A stretch of DNA of 64,000 nucleotides, taken from NCBI RefSeq assembly GCF_029258575.1, contig NZ_JARHYI010000121.1, positions 1,188 to 65,187 of the forward strand, given 5' to 3'. Under the pieces are notes generated by a model, which saw nothing but the letters and a program-made list of their open reading frames with translations, was not told the origin of the DNA and made no database searches. Shown in pieces: positions 9,845 to 20,130 of the stretch. Positions within the stretch are counted from its first letter, which is position 1. Every line of letters begins with the position of its first letter. A program made the translations under genes and the position numbers. The DNA is from Brachyspira sp. Lineage in GTDB: Bacteria > Spirochaetota > Brachyspiria > Brachyspirales > Brachyspiraceae.

Positions 9845-10822
9845 TTATATATTATTTGGTATACTTAATCCTAATTTGTTCATCATATTAGTATTAACTA
9901 CAAAATTATAATTTTCTGAAGGTTCTAATGGTATATTTTTTATATCTTTTATGTTTTCTAAAACTTCTATAGTCTTTTTTGCAGTTAATACTCCCATATC
10001 ATAATAGTTCACTGAATATGTAGCGGTACCTCCTATCTTTGTCATACTAGCGTCAGCACATACAACAGGAAGTTTTGTGCTTTCCTCTATTATAGCTACA
10101 TTAGCCATACTGCTTGCTATAACATTGTCTGTTGGAGAAAATATAGCATCAACTTTACCAACAGCACTTAACATTATTTGCTGTATTTCATTTGCATTTG
10201 CAATTGTAAGATCAGTATATTCCAGTCCTAATGAATCCAATTTTTCTTTTGCTAATTTTATTTGATATACTGAATTTATTTCACTTGAACAGTATAAAAG
10301 TCCTATTTTTTTAGCGTTCGGTATTAATGTATGCATAAGCTCTATTTGTTTTTCTATTGGAGGAAGATTAATAACACCTGTTATATTGACATTTGGCTTA
10401 TCTAAATTTGTTACCAATTTGGCACCTATAGGATCTCCTATACCTGAAACTATTATTGGTATATCTTTTGTCATATTTACAAGCGATTGTGCTGATGGAG
10501 TACCTATTGCTATTATTATATCTTTTTTATCATTTACAAATTTTTGTGCTATTGTATTACAGTTTACCTGTTCCCCTTGAGCATTCTGATAATCTATAAC
10601 TATTTTTTTATTACTGTTTTTATAATATTTATTTAATTCATCTTCTATGCCTTTGTATATCAAATCTAATGCATCATGCTCTATAATTTGACTTATTCCT
10701 ATTTTTATAATTTTATTACTTTCTGCATTGCTTCTTTTATCTGCATTTTTCTTGCTAATTCCAAATGCTGATGCTAGTATAAATATTATTATTAATACAA
10801 ATATTATAATGTTATTTTTCAT
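9845..10822 (-). CDS. ABC transporter substrate-binding protein (aromatic amino acid/TrpX-like family)
   Basis: IGISQIIEHDALD, NAQGEQ, IGTPSAQ, GIGDPIGAKLV, SEINS, PTDN, YYDMG. Confidence 0.85.
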   Translation of the reverse strand: MKNNIIIFVLIIIFILASAFGISKKNADKRSNAESNKIIKIGISQIIEHDALDLIYKGIEDELNKYYKNSNKKIVIDYQNAQGEQVNCNTIAQKFVNDKKDIIIAIGTPSAQSLVNMTKDIPIIVSGIGDPIGAKLVTNLDKPNVNITGVINLPPIEKQIELMHTLIPNAKKIGLLYCSSEINSVYQIKLAKEKLDSLGLEYTDLTIANANEIQQIMLSAVGKVDAIFSPTDNVIASSMANVAIIEESTKLPVVCADASMTKIGGTATYSVNYYDMGVLTAKKTIEVLENIKDIKNIPLEPSENYNFVVNTNMMNKLGLSIPNNI

Positions 10823-10988
10823 TATCTTAATCCTTTTTTAATCTTTATATATCAAAATTGCTTTATATAGTAATGATACTACATAGAGTATTTTTTGTCA
10901 ATACTGTTTATAGTAATTCCTATAATTTTTTCTTGATATATTAAAAAAAATATGTATTATTAAAATATATTACTTTGGATTATATTTT

Positions 10989-12032
10989 ATGAAGGTACTT
11001 TTAATAAAACAAACTTCTTTGGGAGATGTTCTTCATATGACTCCCGTTATAAGAGCATTAAAAAAGTGGAAACCTGACTGCATTATAGATGTAGTTACTG
11101 ATAAAAAAGCTTTAGGAATACTCGAAAATAATCCTTATATAAATAAGTTTTATGTTTTGGATATATACAAATATGAGAAAGAGATATTTAAATCTCCTTT
11201 ATTGTTTTTTTCTACTATAAGAGAATTTTTTTCTCATATAAAAGATGTTAGAAAAGAGCATTATGATATAGCTATGGATTTGCAGGGACTTGAAAGAAGC
11301 ATTATATTTTTATATTTATGCCATGCCCAAAAAAAGTATGCAAAGGGAAAATGGTTTGGTCTTAAAAGTAATTATTATAAGGATATAAATGCTATAGTTG
11401 GATTGATTTCTTTTTTGAAATTTATTGACTGTCCTGATGATGGTACTGATTTAGACTATTTTTTGCCTAATAATATAGAAACTGATTTTGCCAAAAGAAT
11501 AGAAAATATACAATATTCAATAAACAGTAATTTTAATATAAAAGATGAATATATTGTATTTTCTCCTTTTTCAAGATGGGATACTAAAGATTTGTCTGTA
11601 AATAAATCAAGAGAGATTATAAAAGAGATAAAGAAACTCAAAGATATACAAATAATACTTTCAGCTACATCTGATTACAATGAAAAATGTGCTGAAATAG
11701 TTAAAGATTTTGATAATGTATTAAATACTTCAGGACTTTTTAATCTTCCTCAATTGGCATATTTAATAAAAAATTCAAATGGAATGATTACAGTTGATTC
11801 TTTTCCTATGCATACTGGATGTGCATTTCAAAAACCTCTTATAGCAGTATTTGGACCTACTAGTGAAGTTAGGGTAGGACCTATTGCCAAAAATTCTGAA
11901 ACTATAAGAGTTGAGAATTTAGAATGTGCTAGATGCTATAAGAGAAAAAATTGTCCTAATAATCATATATGTATAGAGAATATATATGCTGAAGCTTTGG
12001 CAAGAAGGTTTATAGAAAAAATAGAAAAATAA
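10989..12032 (+). CDS. Glycosyltransferase family 9 (heptosyltransferase-like)
   Basis: KQTSLGDVL, DLQGL, TVDSFPMH, AVFGPTS, C-terminal CxxCxxxxC. Confidence 0.88.
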   Translation: MKVLLIKQTSLGDVLHMTPVIRALKKWKPDCIIDVVTDKKALGILENNPYINKFYVLDIYKYEKEIFKSPLLFFSTIREFFSHIKDVRKEHYDIAMDLQGLERSIIFLYLCHAQKKYAKGKWFGLKSNYYKDINAIVGLISFLKFIDCPDDGTDLDYFLPNNIETDFAKRIENIQYSINSNFNIKDEYIVFSPFSRWDTKDLSVNKSREIIKEIKKLKDIQIILSATSDYNEKCAEIVKDFDNVLNTSGLFNLPQLAYLIKNSNGMITVDSFPMHTGCAFQKPLIAVFGPTSEVRVGPIAKNSETIRVENLECARCYKRKNCPNNHICIENIYAEALARRFIEKIEK

Positions 12033-12100
12033 TACTATTGATATTAAGAATAAAAATTATATAATAAAATAAATATATAGTTGTTTTAAGGAGGTATATT

Positions 12101-12859
12101 ATGCAAATAACTTTTTTAGGTACAGGTACTTCCGACGGTGTTCCAATGATAGGATGCAAATGTAAGGTATGCACAAGTAAGGATAAAAGAGATAAAAGAA
12201 CACGTTCTTCTATATTAATAAAAAATAATAATAAAAATTATGTTGTTGATACTTCGGCTGATTTTAGACAGCAAATGCTTAGAGAAAAAATAGACAGCCT
12301 TGAAGCGGTATTCTATACACATTCACATGCAGATCATACTTCAGGTATAGTTGATTTGAGGGCATTAAATTTTATAATGCATACATCAATAGACTGCTAT
12401 GGTAATAAATATACTATGGATAATTTAAGAGAGAAATATGATTACTTTTTTAACCCTGTTCAAGTTGGAGGCGGTCTTCCTCAAGTTGTTTTTCATCATA
12501 TAGAAAATGAAATGATATTTAATGATATTAAAGTTACCCCTATTCCTATAATACATGGAGTTCTTCATATATTGGGATATAGATTCAATAATTTTACTTA
12601 TATTACAGATGCAAGCTATATAAGTGAAGAAAGTTTGAAACTATTGGAAGGTACGGAGATTTTGGTTTTGAATGGTTTAAGGTATAGACCTCATCATACT
12701 CATTTATCTTTACAGGAATCTGTTAATATTGCAGATAGATTGGGTGTAAAGAAAGCATATTTCACACATATGACTCATGATGTTTTGCATAGGCATTTGG
12801 AGAGGGAACTTCCTGCAAATATGTATCCTGCATATGACGGACTTGTTATAGAAATTTAA
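12101..12859 (+). CDS. MBL-fold metallohydrolase, PhnP family
   Basis: LGTGTSDGVP.IGCKCKVC, THSHADH, YITD, THMTH, AYDGL. Confidence 0.92.
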   Translation: MQITFLGTGTSDGVPMIGCKCKVCTSKDKRDKRTRSSILIKNNNKNYVVDTSADFRQQMLREKIDSLEAVFYTHSHADHTSGIVDLRALNFIMHTSIDCYGNKYTMDNLREKYDYFFNPVQVGGGLPQVVFHHIENEMIFNDIKVTPIPIIHGVLHILGYRFNNFTYITDASYISEESLKLLEGTEILVLNGLRYRPHHTHLSLQESVNIADRLGVKKAYFTHMTHDVLHRHLERELPANMYPAYDGLVIEI

Positions 12860-12912
12860 TAATCTGTATATATTATATGCAATTTAAAAGATAATAATAA
12901 AGAGAGAACTAT

Positions 12913-13581
12913 ATGAAAAAATTAATAACATCATTATTTTTTGCATTACTTTTTAGTGTAAATTTATTTGCACAGCATGGCGGCGGAGTAGCTTTATTCG
13001 TTCCTATGACAGGAAGTTTTGCATTTTCTGATATAAGAGGTTTAGACGGTAGTAAATTAGATACTTTAAAAGGTGGAAGTTCATTTGATTTCGGTGTATT
13101 AGTTCAGACTGGATATTTTTATGATTTCGGTGGATTATTGGGATTTGATGCCTTAGCTGATATAGGATATTATAGAAGTACATATAAATATATTAATTCT
13201 AAAGAAGGAAAGGTTATTTCCTATGCATTTGATAGTCTAAATGCTGGAGCCATGTTTAGAGTAACTTTTTTGGTATTAGCATTGGGTATAGGTTCTGGAG
13301 TAAAAATACCAATGGCTGCCAATATTCATGATGGTGATTATAATTCAAAGTTAAATAGCGATGAAATAAAAAAATCATTTTCATCTGCTGTTATACCATA
13401 TCTAAAATTTACTATCGATTTTAAATATAATCTGAGCAGTTTTTCAGCCATTGTGGCAGGCTTATATTTTAATTATGATTTTGCTATGAATTATAAAAAT
13501 CCTAATTATTCAAGATATAATATACACTCTTTTGATTTTGGAATACAATTAGGTACTTATTTTGTAGGTACTAAACATTAA
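12913..13581 (+). CDS. Putative outer-membrane beta-barrel protein
   Basis: Signal peptide ending NLFA; Gly/aromatic-rich alternating strands; C-terminal FDFGIQLGTYF. Confidence 0.6.
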   Translation: MKKLITSLFFALLFSVNLFAQHGGGVALFVPMTGSFAFSDIRGLDGSKLDTLKGGSSFDFGVLVQTGYFYDFGGLLGFDALADIGYYRSTYKYINSKEGKVISYAFDSLNAGAMFRVTFLVLALGIGSGVKIPMAANIHDGDYNSKLNSDEIKKSFSSAVIPYLKFTIDFKYNLSSFSAIVAGLYFNYDFAMNYKNPNYSRYNIHSFDFGIQLGTYFVGTKH

Positions 13582-13626
13582 ATTAGATAATATTGAATTG
13601 ATTATTATTTCTATTGGGATACGAAT

Positions 13627-14985
13627 ATGCTAAAAGAACTTTTACAGCCTGAAATTGAGGACTTGATAGAAGAAAAAGATTGGGAATCTTTGAGAGATAC
13701 GCTTTTACTATGGCAGGAAGTAGAAACGGCTAATTTAATTACATCTTTAAAAAATGATAATAAATATAAAGTTTTTAGTGTATTGCCTAAAGATTATTAT
13801 TTAGAGGTTTTTCCAGAGCTTGCACCTATAGATCAGAGAAGAATTATAGAAAATATGAGCGAATCGGATATAAAGTATCTTTTGGAAAATATGAATCCCG
13901 ATGATAGAACATATTTTTTAGGTTCTATACCTTCATCATTATCTGAGAATATATTAAAACTTTTAGGTACTGAAGATAGAGAAATAGCTTCATGGCTTTT
14001 AGCTTATCCTGAAGAGAGTATAGGGCGTTTAATGACTCCTAAATATATAAGCATAAATCCTGATTGGACTGTTAGGGAGGCTTTTGAATATGTGAGAAGT
14101 AATATAGAAGAGTCAGAAATCTATACTACTTTATATGTTATAGATTCAAAAAGAACTTTAATAGGTTCTATTGCATTAAGAAAGTTATTTTTTACAGATA
14201 AAAATATATTAATATCTGAAATTACAAATAACTGCCCTTATATATCGGTTTATGAAGATCAGGAAAATGCCATTAATATAATAAAAAAATATAATTTGCA
14301 TTCTCTAGCTGTAGTTGATGACAGACATTCTATGATAGGAATTGTTACAGTAGATGATATAATGGATATTGCTGAAGAAGAGTATACAGATGATTTCCAT
14401 AAGATGGCTGGTATTACTTCGAGCGAGGAGCAATTTGATGATAATTTGAAAATCACTCCTATTTTTACTCTTTATAAGCAGAGAATATTTTGGCTTTTAA
14501 TACTTGTTTTTATAAATATATTTTCTGGCGGTGTCATAAGTATATTTCAAAATACACTTCAAAAGCATATAGTACTTGTAGTATTTTTACCATTGATTAT
14601 AGGAAGCGGAGGTAATGCTGGAAGTCAGTCTGCTACTCTTGTTATAAGATCCCTTGCCATTGGAGATGTTGTTCTAAAAGATTGGTTTTATATGCTTTCA
14701 AAAGAAATTATAGTTGCAGCTATTTTAGGTTTGAGTATGGGCATTGGGGCTTATATACTTGGTGTTATACGGGGTGGATTTGAGATAGCGGCTATTGTAT
14801 CTGTATCAATGTTCAGTATAGTTTTTATAGGCAGTATTATAGGTCTTTGTTTGCCTTTTATACTTACAAAACTTAATATTGACCCTGCTATAAGTGGGGC
14901 TCCTATGCTTACTTCTATATGCGATATAATAGGTACCGCTTTATATTGTTCTATAGCTACACTGGCATTTATAATATTACAATAA
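13627..14985 (+). CDS. mgtE: Magnesium transporter MgtE
   Basis: MgtE_N, CBS pair (IGRLMT, GIVTVDDI), GGNAGSQS, DPAISGAPMLTSICDI. Confidence 0.95.
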   Translation: MLKELLQPEIEDLIEEKDWESLRDTLLLWQEVETANLITSLKNDNKYKVFSVLPKDYYLEVFPELAPIDQRRIIENMSESDIKYLLENMNPDDRTYFLGSIPSSLSENILKLLGTEDREIASWLLAYPEESIGRLMTPKYISINPDWTVREAFEYVRSNIEESEIYTTLYVIDSKRTLIGSIALRKLFFTDKNILISEITNNCPYISVYEDQENAINIIKKYNLHSLAVVDDRHSMIGIVTVDDIMDIAEEEYTDDFHKMAGITSSEEQFDDNLKITPIFTLYKQRIFWLLILVFINIFSGGVISIFQNTLQKHIVLVVFLPLIIGSGGNAGSQSATLVIRSLAIGDVVLKDWFYMLSKEIIVAAILGLSMGIGAYILGVIRGGFEIAAIVSVSMFSIVFIGSIIGLCLPFILTKLNIDPAISGAPMLTSICDIIGTALYCSIATLAFIILQ

Positions 14986-15128
14986 TTTCATTTTAATAAT
15001 ATTTTTTTATTATTTTTAAAAAAAATTTTAAATAATTGTTAAATTATATAGTATAATTTTTATTAAAAATATATTTGACTATTTATGCTTTTATATTACA
15101 TTTAAACAAAGAATAAGGTTTATTATTT

Positions 15129-16757
15129 ATGAGAGAAATCGAGATTGAATTGCATGAAGCATCAGCTAGAAATAATATATTAGCTGTTGAAATCTTATTA
15201 AAAAATAAAAATATAGATGTTAATTTAAGTAATATAATAGGATTAACTCCATTAACACATGCATGCAGAGCAGGATATAAGGAAATAGTTGAATTACTTT
15301 TAAAAGCTGGAGCTGATCCTAATAAGGCTGATCAATTATATATAACTCCATTAATGAATGCCTGTGCAAATGGTCATACTGATATAGTTAGTATTTTAAT
15401 AAAATATGGGGCTTCTATAAATTTGAGTAATTGTAATAATGAAACTCCATTGCATTATGCATGTTCTGAAAATTATTTTGATATAATGAAAATACTTGTA
15501 GAAAATGGTGCCGATGTTAATGCCAAAACTGATATTAATGTTACACCTTTGATGTATTGCTGTCAAAAGTCAAATTTTGATGCGGTAAAATTTTTGATAG
15601 ATAATAATGCCAATATAGATGATTTTGATATATATGAAGAAACGGTATTATCATATGCCATATCAAGCGGTAATATCGATATAGTTGAATATATATTAAA
15701 TAGGGGAAATATAGAGATACCTAAATATTCTTTGACAATGGCTGCTACAAGTGGAAATTTATCATTAGTTCATTATATACATTCAAAATTGGGTATTAAT
15801 AATCATAATGTATTTTCAAGTGCTTTTATATCAGCAGCTTATAATGGGCATTTAGATGTTGTTAGATATTTCTTTGATAATTCTAGGAAAAAAGCTCCTG
15901 AAGCTTTAGCGGTTGCTGCTTCTGCTGGGCATAAGGATATAGTTAATTATTTTCTTATGAATAAAGTGCCTTTGAATGGTGTTACTGATAATGGAAAATC
16001 TGCTTTGATATCTGCTATAGAGATAGAAAATAAGGAAATAATAGATTTGCTTATAAAATACAATGTTGATGTTAATAAGTCTGATGATGATGATGTAACT
16101 CCTCTTATGTATGCATGTTATATAGGTAATATAGAAATAGTAAAAGTGTTGCTTGATAATAATGCTTATACTAATGCTTTAGACAGTATAGAAAGAAATG
16201 CTATGATACATGCTATTATAGCTGGAAATATAGATATTGTTGAGCTTCTTTTAATGAGAGGAATGACACTCAATAATGATAATGAATCTATTACTCCTTT
16301 GATGTGGGCTGTTATATATGATAATTTAAAATCTGTAAAATATTTGATAGAGAAGGGAGTTGATATTTATCAAACGGATATTAATGGATGGAATTCTTTC
16401 ATGTTTGCTTGTGCAAAAGGATATAATGATATTGTTTACTATATTTTAGAATTGTATCCTGATATTATTAATAAGTTAAGCAGAATTGGTGAAACTGCTT
16501 TGATGATAGCTTCAGATAATGGAAAAGTTGAAGTTGTTGAGTACTTATTAAAAAATAATGCCTCTGTAAAAGAAGAAAATTTTAATGGATATACTGCTTT
16601 ATATATAGCTTCTTCGAAAGGCTATTTTGAAATATGCGAACATTTGATAAAATATTATAAGATAGATGATTATACTTTTTCTAAGGAATATGATATTGCA
16701 AAAGAAAAGGGTTATAGCAGTATTATGAATTTATTCAATGATAAATTAAAATCTTAA
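15129..16757 (+). CDS. Cytoplasmic ankyrin-repeat protein
   Basis: Many TPL(T/M)xAC-type repeats over the whole length; no signal peptide. Confidence 0.92.
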   Translation: MREIEIELHEASARNNILAVEILLKNKNIDVNLSNIIGLTPLTHACRAGYKEIVELLLKAGADPNKADQLYITPLMNACANGHTDIVSILIKYGASINLSNCNNETPLHYACSENYFDIMKILVENGADVNAKTDINVTPLMYCCQKSNFDAVKFLIDNNANIDDFDIYEETVLSYAISSGNIDIVEYILNRGNIEIPKYSLTMAATSGNLSLVHYIHSKLGINNHNVFSSAFISAAYNGHLDVVRYFFDNSRKKAPEALAVAASAGHKDIVNYFLMNKVPLNGVTDNGKSALISAIEIENKEIIDLLIKYNVDVNKSDDDDVTPLMYACYIGNIEIVKVLLDNNAYTNALDSIERNAMIHAIIAGNIDIVELLLMRGMTLNNDNESITPLMWAVIYDNLKSVKYLIEKGVDIYQTDINGWNSFMFACAKGYNDIVYYILELYPDIINKLSRIGETALMIASDNGKVEVVEYLLKNNASVKEENFNGYTALYIASSKGYFEICEHLIKYYKIDDYTFSKEYDIAKEKGYSSIMNLFNDKLKS

Positions 16758-16832
16758 ATATTAATCTAATAAATATTTTGACATTTTTATTCAAATATTA
16801 TACTATCTTTATCAATAAAATAGGTTAATAAT

Positions 16833-17708
16833 ATGGCTAATAAGGAAAGATTAGGTACTATAGGTATATTTTTAACGGCATTAATTTGGGGTTATAGTTT
16901 TGTTGCTGTTAAGGTTGTAGTCAGAGAGATAGAACCTTTTTATCTTGTAGGACTTAGAAATTTGATAGGCGGTATTTTTATTTCCATAGTATTTTTCAAA
17001 AAAATAAAAAATATCACTAAAAAAGATATAATGTTATGCCTATCTTTAGGGGTAGTATTATTTCTTGGTTTTTTTCTGCAGACTATGAGTTCTAAATTTA
17101 TTACAGCCTCAAAGGTAGCTTTTTTCACAGGCTCTTATGTTATATTTATACCATTTCTTGCTTGGATAGCATACAGAAAAATGCCTCATATTGCTGCATT
17201 TATAGCTGCTATAATTACAGTTTTAGGCTTATATTTATTAACTTCATTTGAAGGTTTAGCTAGTATAAAGGCTGGTGATTTATTTGCCTTATTATCTGCT
17301 TTTGTATTTGCTTTACATATAATGCTTATAGATAAGATACTTAAATATGTTGATGGCGTTATAATGGCGGCATTGCAGCTTATAATAGCAGGTATAATAT
17401 CTCTTTTCATAGGTTTTATGACTTCTACACCTTTGAATATTACTTCTATATCAAATGAATCTTTATATTCTCTTTTGTATTTGGCTATAGGGGCAACAGG
17501 AATAGCTTATTTACTTCAAACAGTATCTCAGAAATATGTAAATCCAAATAAGGCTGGCATAATATTAAGTTTAGAATCTTTTTTGGGGGCATTAGGAGGA
17601 GTTATATTTATGAATGACCCTCTTACTTTCAATTTTGTTTTGGGAGGAATTTGTATGATTTCTGCTATATTCATATGCGAGATAGGAAGCAATATAAAAT
17701 CAGCTTAA
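16833..17708 (+). CDS. DMT/EamA family transporter
   Basis: About 10 TM segments; IWGYSF, GDLFALLSA, LQTVSQK, SLESFL. Confidence 0.9.
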   Translation: MANKERLGTIGIFLTALIWGYSFVAVKVVVREIEPFYLVGLRNLIGGIFISIVFFKKIKNITKKDIMLCLSLGVVLFLGFFLQTMSSKFITASKVAFFTGSYVIFIPFLAWIAYRKMPHIAAFIAAIITVLGLYLLTSFEGLASIKAGDLFALLSAFVFALHIMLIDKILKYVDGVIMAALQLIIAGIISLFIGFMTSTPLNITSISNESLYSLLYLAIGATGIAYLLQTVSQKYVNPNKAGIILSLESFLGALGGVIFMNDPLTFNFVLGGICMISAIFICEIGSNIKSA

Positions 17709-17833
17709 TATAATTAATAAACTTTTAATCATATAAAAAATAATACGGTTACTTAGTATATGTTTGCAAAATTGTAATTTATGTATTAAAATATAATAAT
17801 AGTAATTTAATTTTAAAAAAAGAGGTTTTTATT

Positions 17834-18838
17834 ATGGCATCATTTATGGATAATTTAAAAGAAAAAGTAAAATCTAATCCTAAAACTATAGTATTAGCTG
17901 AAGGATATGATGAAAGACATGTTAAGGCTGCTGTTATACTAAAAAAAGAGCAGTTAGCTAAAGGTGTTGTATTAGTGGGAGATACTTCTAAAATAGAAAC
18001 TTTAGCTAAAGAAAACTCATTAGAATTAGATGGTAATTTTGCTAAAATTTTTGACCCTAATAAAGATGCAAAAACAGAGGCTTATATTGAAATGCTTTTC
18101 AAGGCTAGAGAAAAAAAGGGTATGACAAAGGAGCAGGCTAAAAATTTAATAATTAATAATTCTGTTTATACAGGTGCTGCTATACTTTCTTCTAATGATG
18201 CTGATGGCATGGTAGGCGGAGCTGTTTATGCTACTGGTGAAATGTTAAGGGCTGCTTTATTTTTAATTGGACTTAAAAAAGGTATTAAAACTTTATCATC
18301 TACATTCTTTGTAGAAAGCCCTGATAAAGCTTTATTTACAAATGGTATCGCTTGTTTTGCTGACTGTGCTGTTATACCTAGTCCTACTGCAGAACAGATT
18401 GCTGATATTGCTGAATCTACTGCAGAGTCTTACAGGGTTATGACAGGATTAGAACCTAAAGTTGCTTTACTTTCTTTCTCTACTAAAGGCTCTGCTGAAC
18501 ATGAAAGTGTTGATAAAGTTAGAGAAGCTAAAAAAATATTAGATTCAAGAAATGTTAATTTTGCTTATGATGGTGAGATGCAATTTGATGCTGCTATGGT
18601 TGAAAAAGTTGCTTCTCAAAAGGCTCCTGGTTCTCCTATTAAAGGCGATGCTAATATATTCGTATTCCCAGAATTGAATGCTGGAAACATAGGTTATAAA
18701 ATAGCTCAAAGAGTAGGTAAATGTACTGCTATAGGTCCTATGCTTCAGGGTATAGCTAAACCTGCTAATGACCTTTCAAGAGGATGTTCTGCTCAGGATA
18801 TAGCTGATTTGGCAGTATTAACTTCTTTACAAGTATAA
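17834..18838 (+). CDS. pta: Phosphate acetyltransferase
   Basis: IVLAEG.DER, FADCAV, VALLSFSTKGSA, GEMQFDAA, GNIGYK, QGIAKPANDLSRGCS. Confidence 0.96.
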   Translation: MASFMDNLKEKVKSNPKTIVLAEGYDERHVKAAVILKKEQLAKGVVLVGDTSKIETLAKENSLELDGNFAKIFDPNKDAKTEAYIEMLFKAREKKGMTKEQAKNLIINNSVYTGAAILSSNDADGMVGGAVYATGEMLRAALFLIGLKKGIKTLSSTFFVESPDKALFTNGIACFADCAVIPSPTAEQIADIAESTAESYRVMTGLEPKVALLSFSTKGSAEHESVDKVREAKKILDSRNVNFAYDGEMQFDAAMVEKVASQKAPGSPIKGDANIFVFPELNAGNIGYKIAQRVGKCTAIGPMLQGIAKPANDLSRGCSAQDIADLAVLTSLQV

Positions 18839-18865
18839 TTTTATAATAAAAATAAAAAAGTAATT

Positions 18866-18899
18866 TAAGGGCTATCAATTATATATTGTTAGCCTTTAA
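18866..18899. terminator. Possible terminator between pta and the GGDEF gene
   Basis: TTAAGGGCTA...TAGCCTTTAA imperfect inverted repeat. Confidence 0.45.
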
Positions 18900-18938
18900 T
18901 TTTATCATTATTATAGAATTAAAAATATAAATATAATT

Positions 18939-19961
18939 TTAATGCATTATGACTTTATTTCTTCCTAGATGTTTAGCTTCATACATTGCTGAGTCTGCAT
19001 TTTTTATTGTATCGGCTATAGGTTTGTTGGAAGTTCCTTTATGTTCTGCTATGCCTACACTTACAGTTACATTTATAATATTAAATTCATAATTAAATCT
19101 CTTTTTCTCTACAGTTTTTCTTATTCTTTCAGCTAAAATATAAGCCTGTTCTTTTTTAGTATTAGGACATATAACTATAAATTCTTCACCACCATAACGA
19201 ATAGCAATATCACTTTTTCTTAGTGTATTTATATTTTCGGCAGCATTTCCCAATAATCTTCCTATCTCATGAAGTACAACATTCCCGCAGTCATGCCCGT
19301 ATATATCATTTATATCTTTGAAATGATCTAAATCCATAAATATAATAGATATACTGTATTTGTATCTTTTAGCTCTTTCTACTTCTTCCTCTATTATTTT
19401 ATTGAAGTATCTTACATTAAATAAACCTGTTAAAGGATCTATAGTTGATTGAGCATGCAAGCTATCTATTTCTTTCATTAATTTTTTAATAACTTTATCT
19501 TTTTCAATAGATGATTTTTTTTCTACTTCTGTAATAGCAAACTTCATATTACTCATTCTTATTTTTACTATGCTTTCATACATATCATATATATTAATAA
19601 CACCTATTGGATAATCATCATTATTAATGATTATTAAATAATCAGTTTTATTTTCTTGCATGATTTCAAAAGCTACCATTATATCATCTTCAGGATGTGC
19701 TATTAAAAGCTTTTTATTCATAAAACTACTTATTGGTTTATCAAGTATATTCTTCGAATTTTTTTTAGTGATATTTTTTAATATATTTACTAGAAGTTCA
19801 TTATAATTTATGATTCCAACTATTTTATCAGAATCATTTATAACGGCTAATATTTTATTTGAGGATTTTGATACAGAAGAATATAACTCAGATAAAGTAG
19901 AGTTTTTCTTTATGATACCAATTCGATTTTCTATTATCGATTTGATGATGCTTCTATACAT
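18939..19961 (-). CDS. Diguanylate cyclase with N-terminal CBS domain pair
   Basis: CBS-like VGIINY..LL and IGVINIYDM; DPLTGLFN, DLDHFKDIND.YGH..G, RKSD I-site, RYGGEEF, ADSAMYEAK..GRN. Confidence 0.9.
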   Translation of the reverse strand: MYRSIIKSIIENRIGIIKKNSTLSELYSSVSKSSNKILAVINDSDKIVGIINYNELLVNILKNITKKNSKNILDKPISSFMNKKLLIAHPEDDIMVAFEIMQENKTDYLIIINNDDYPIGVINIYDMYESIVKIRMSNMKFAITEVEKKSSIEKDKVIKKLMKEIDSLHAQSTIDPLTGLFNVRYFNKIIEEEVERAKRYKYSISIIFMDLDHFKDINDIYGHDCGNVVLHEIGRLLGNAAENINTLRKSDIAIRYGGEEFIVICPNTKKEQAYILAERIRKTVEKKRFNYEFNIINVTVSVGIAEHKGTSNKPIADTIKNADSAMYEAKHLGRNKVIMH

Positions 19962-20130
19962 TATAAAAATGTCCTGAACAAAATATAATACTTGTCTAAT
20001 ATTAACATATATATATTTTTTTTCAATCTATTTTTTATAGTATATTAATTCTTCCTAAAATAGTATTTTTTTTATCTTGATTTTTTTGTTTTATAAAGTA
20101 TCATATTAAATAATTTTCATAAATTTTGAG

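Noticed and set aside
10823-10988. T-box or riboswitch upstream of the TrpX-like binding protein
   Set aside because: Short AT-rich divergent spacer with no T-box sequence or stable structure
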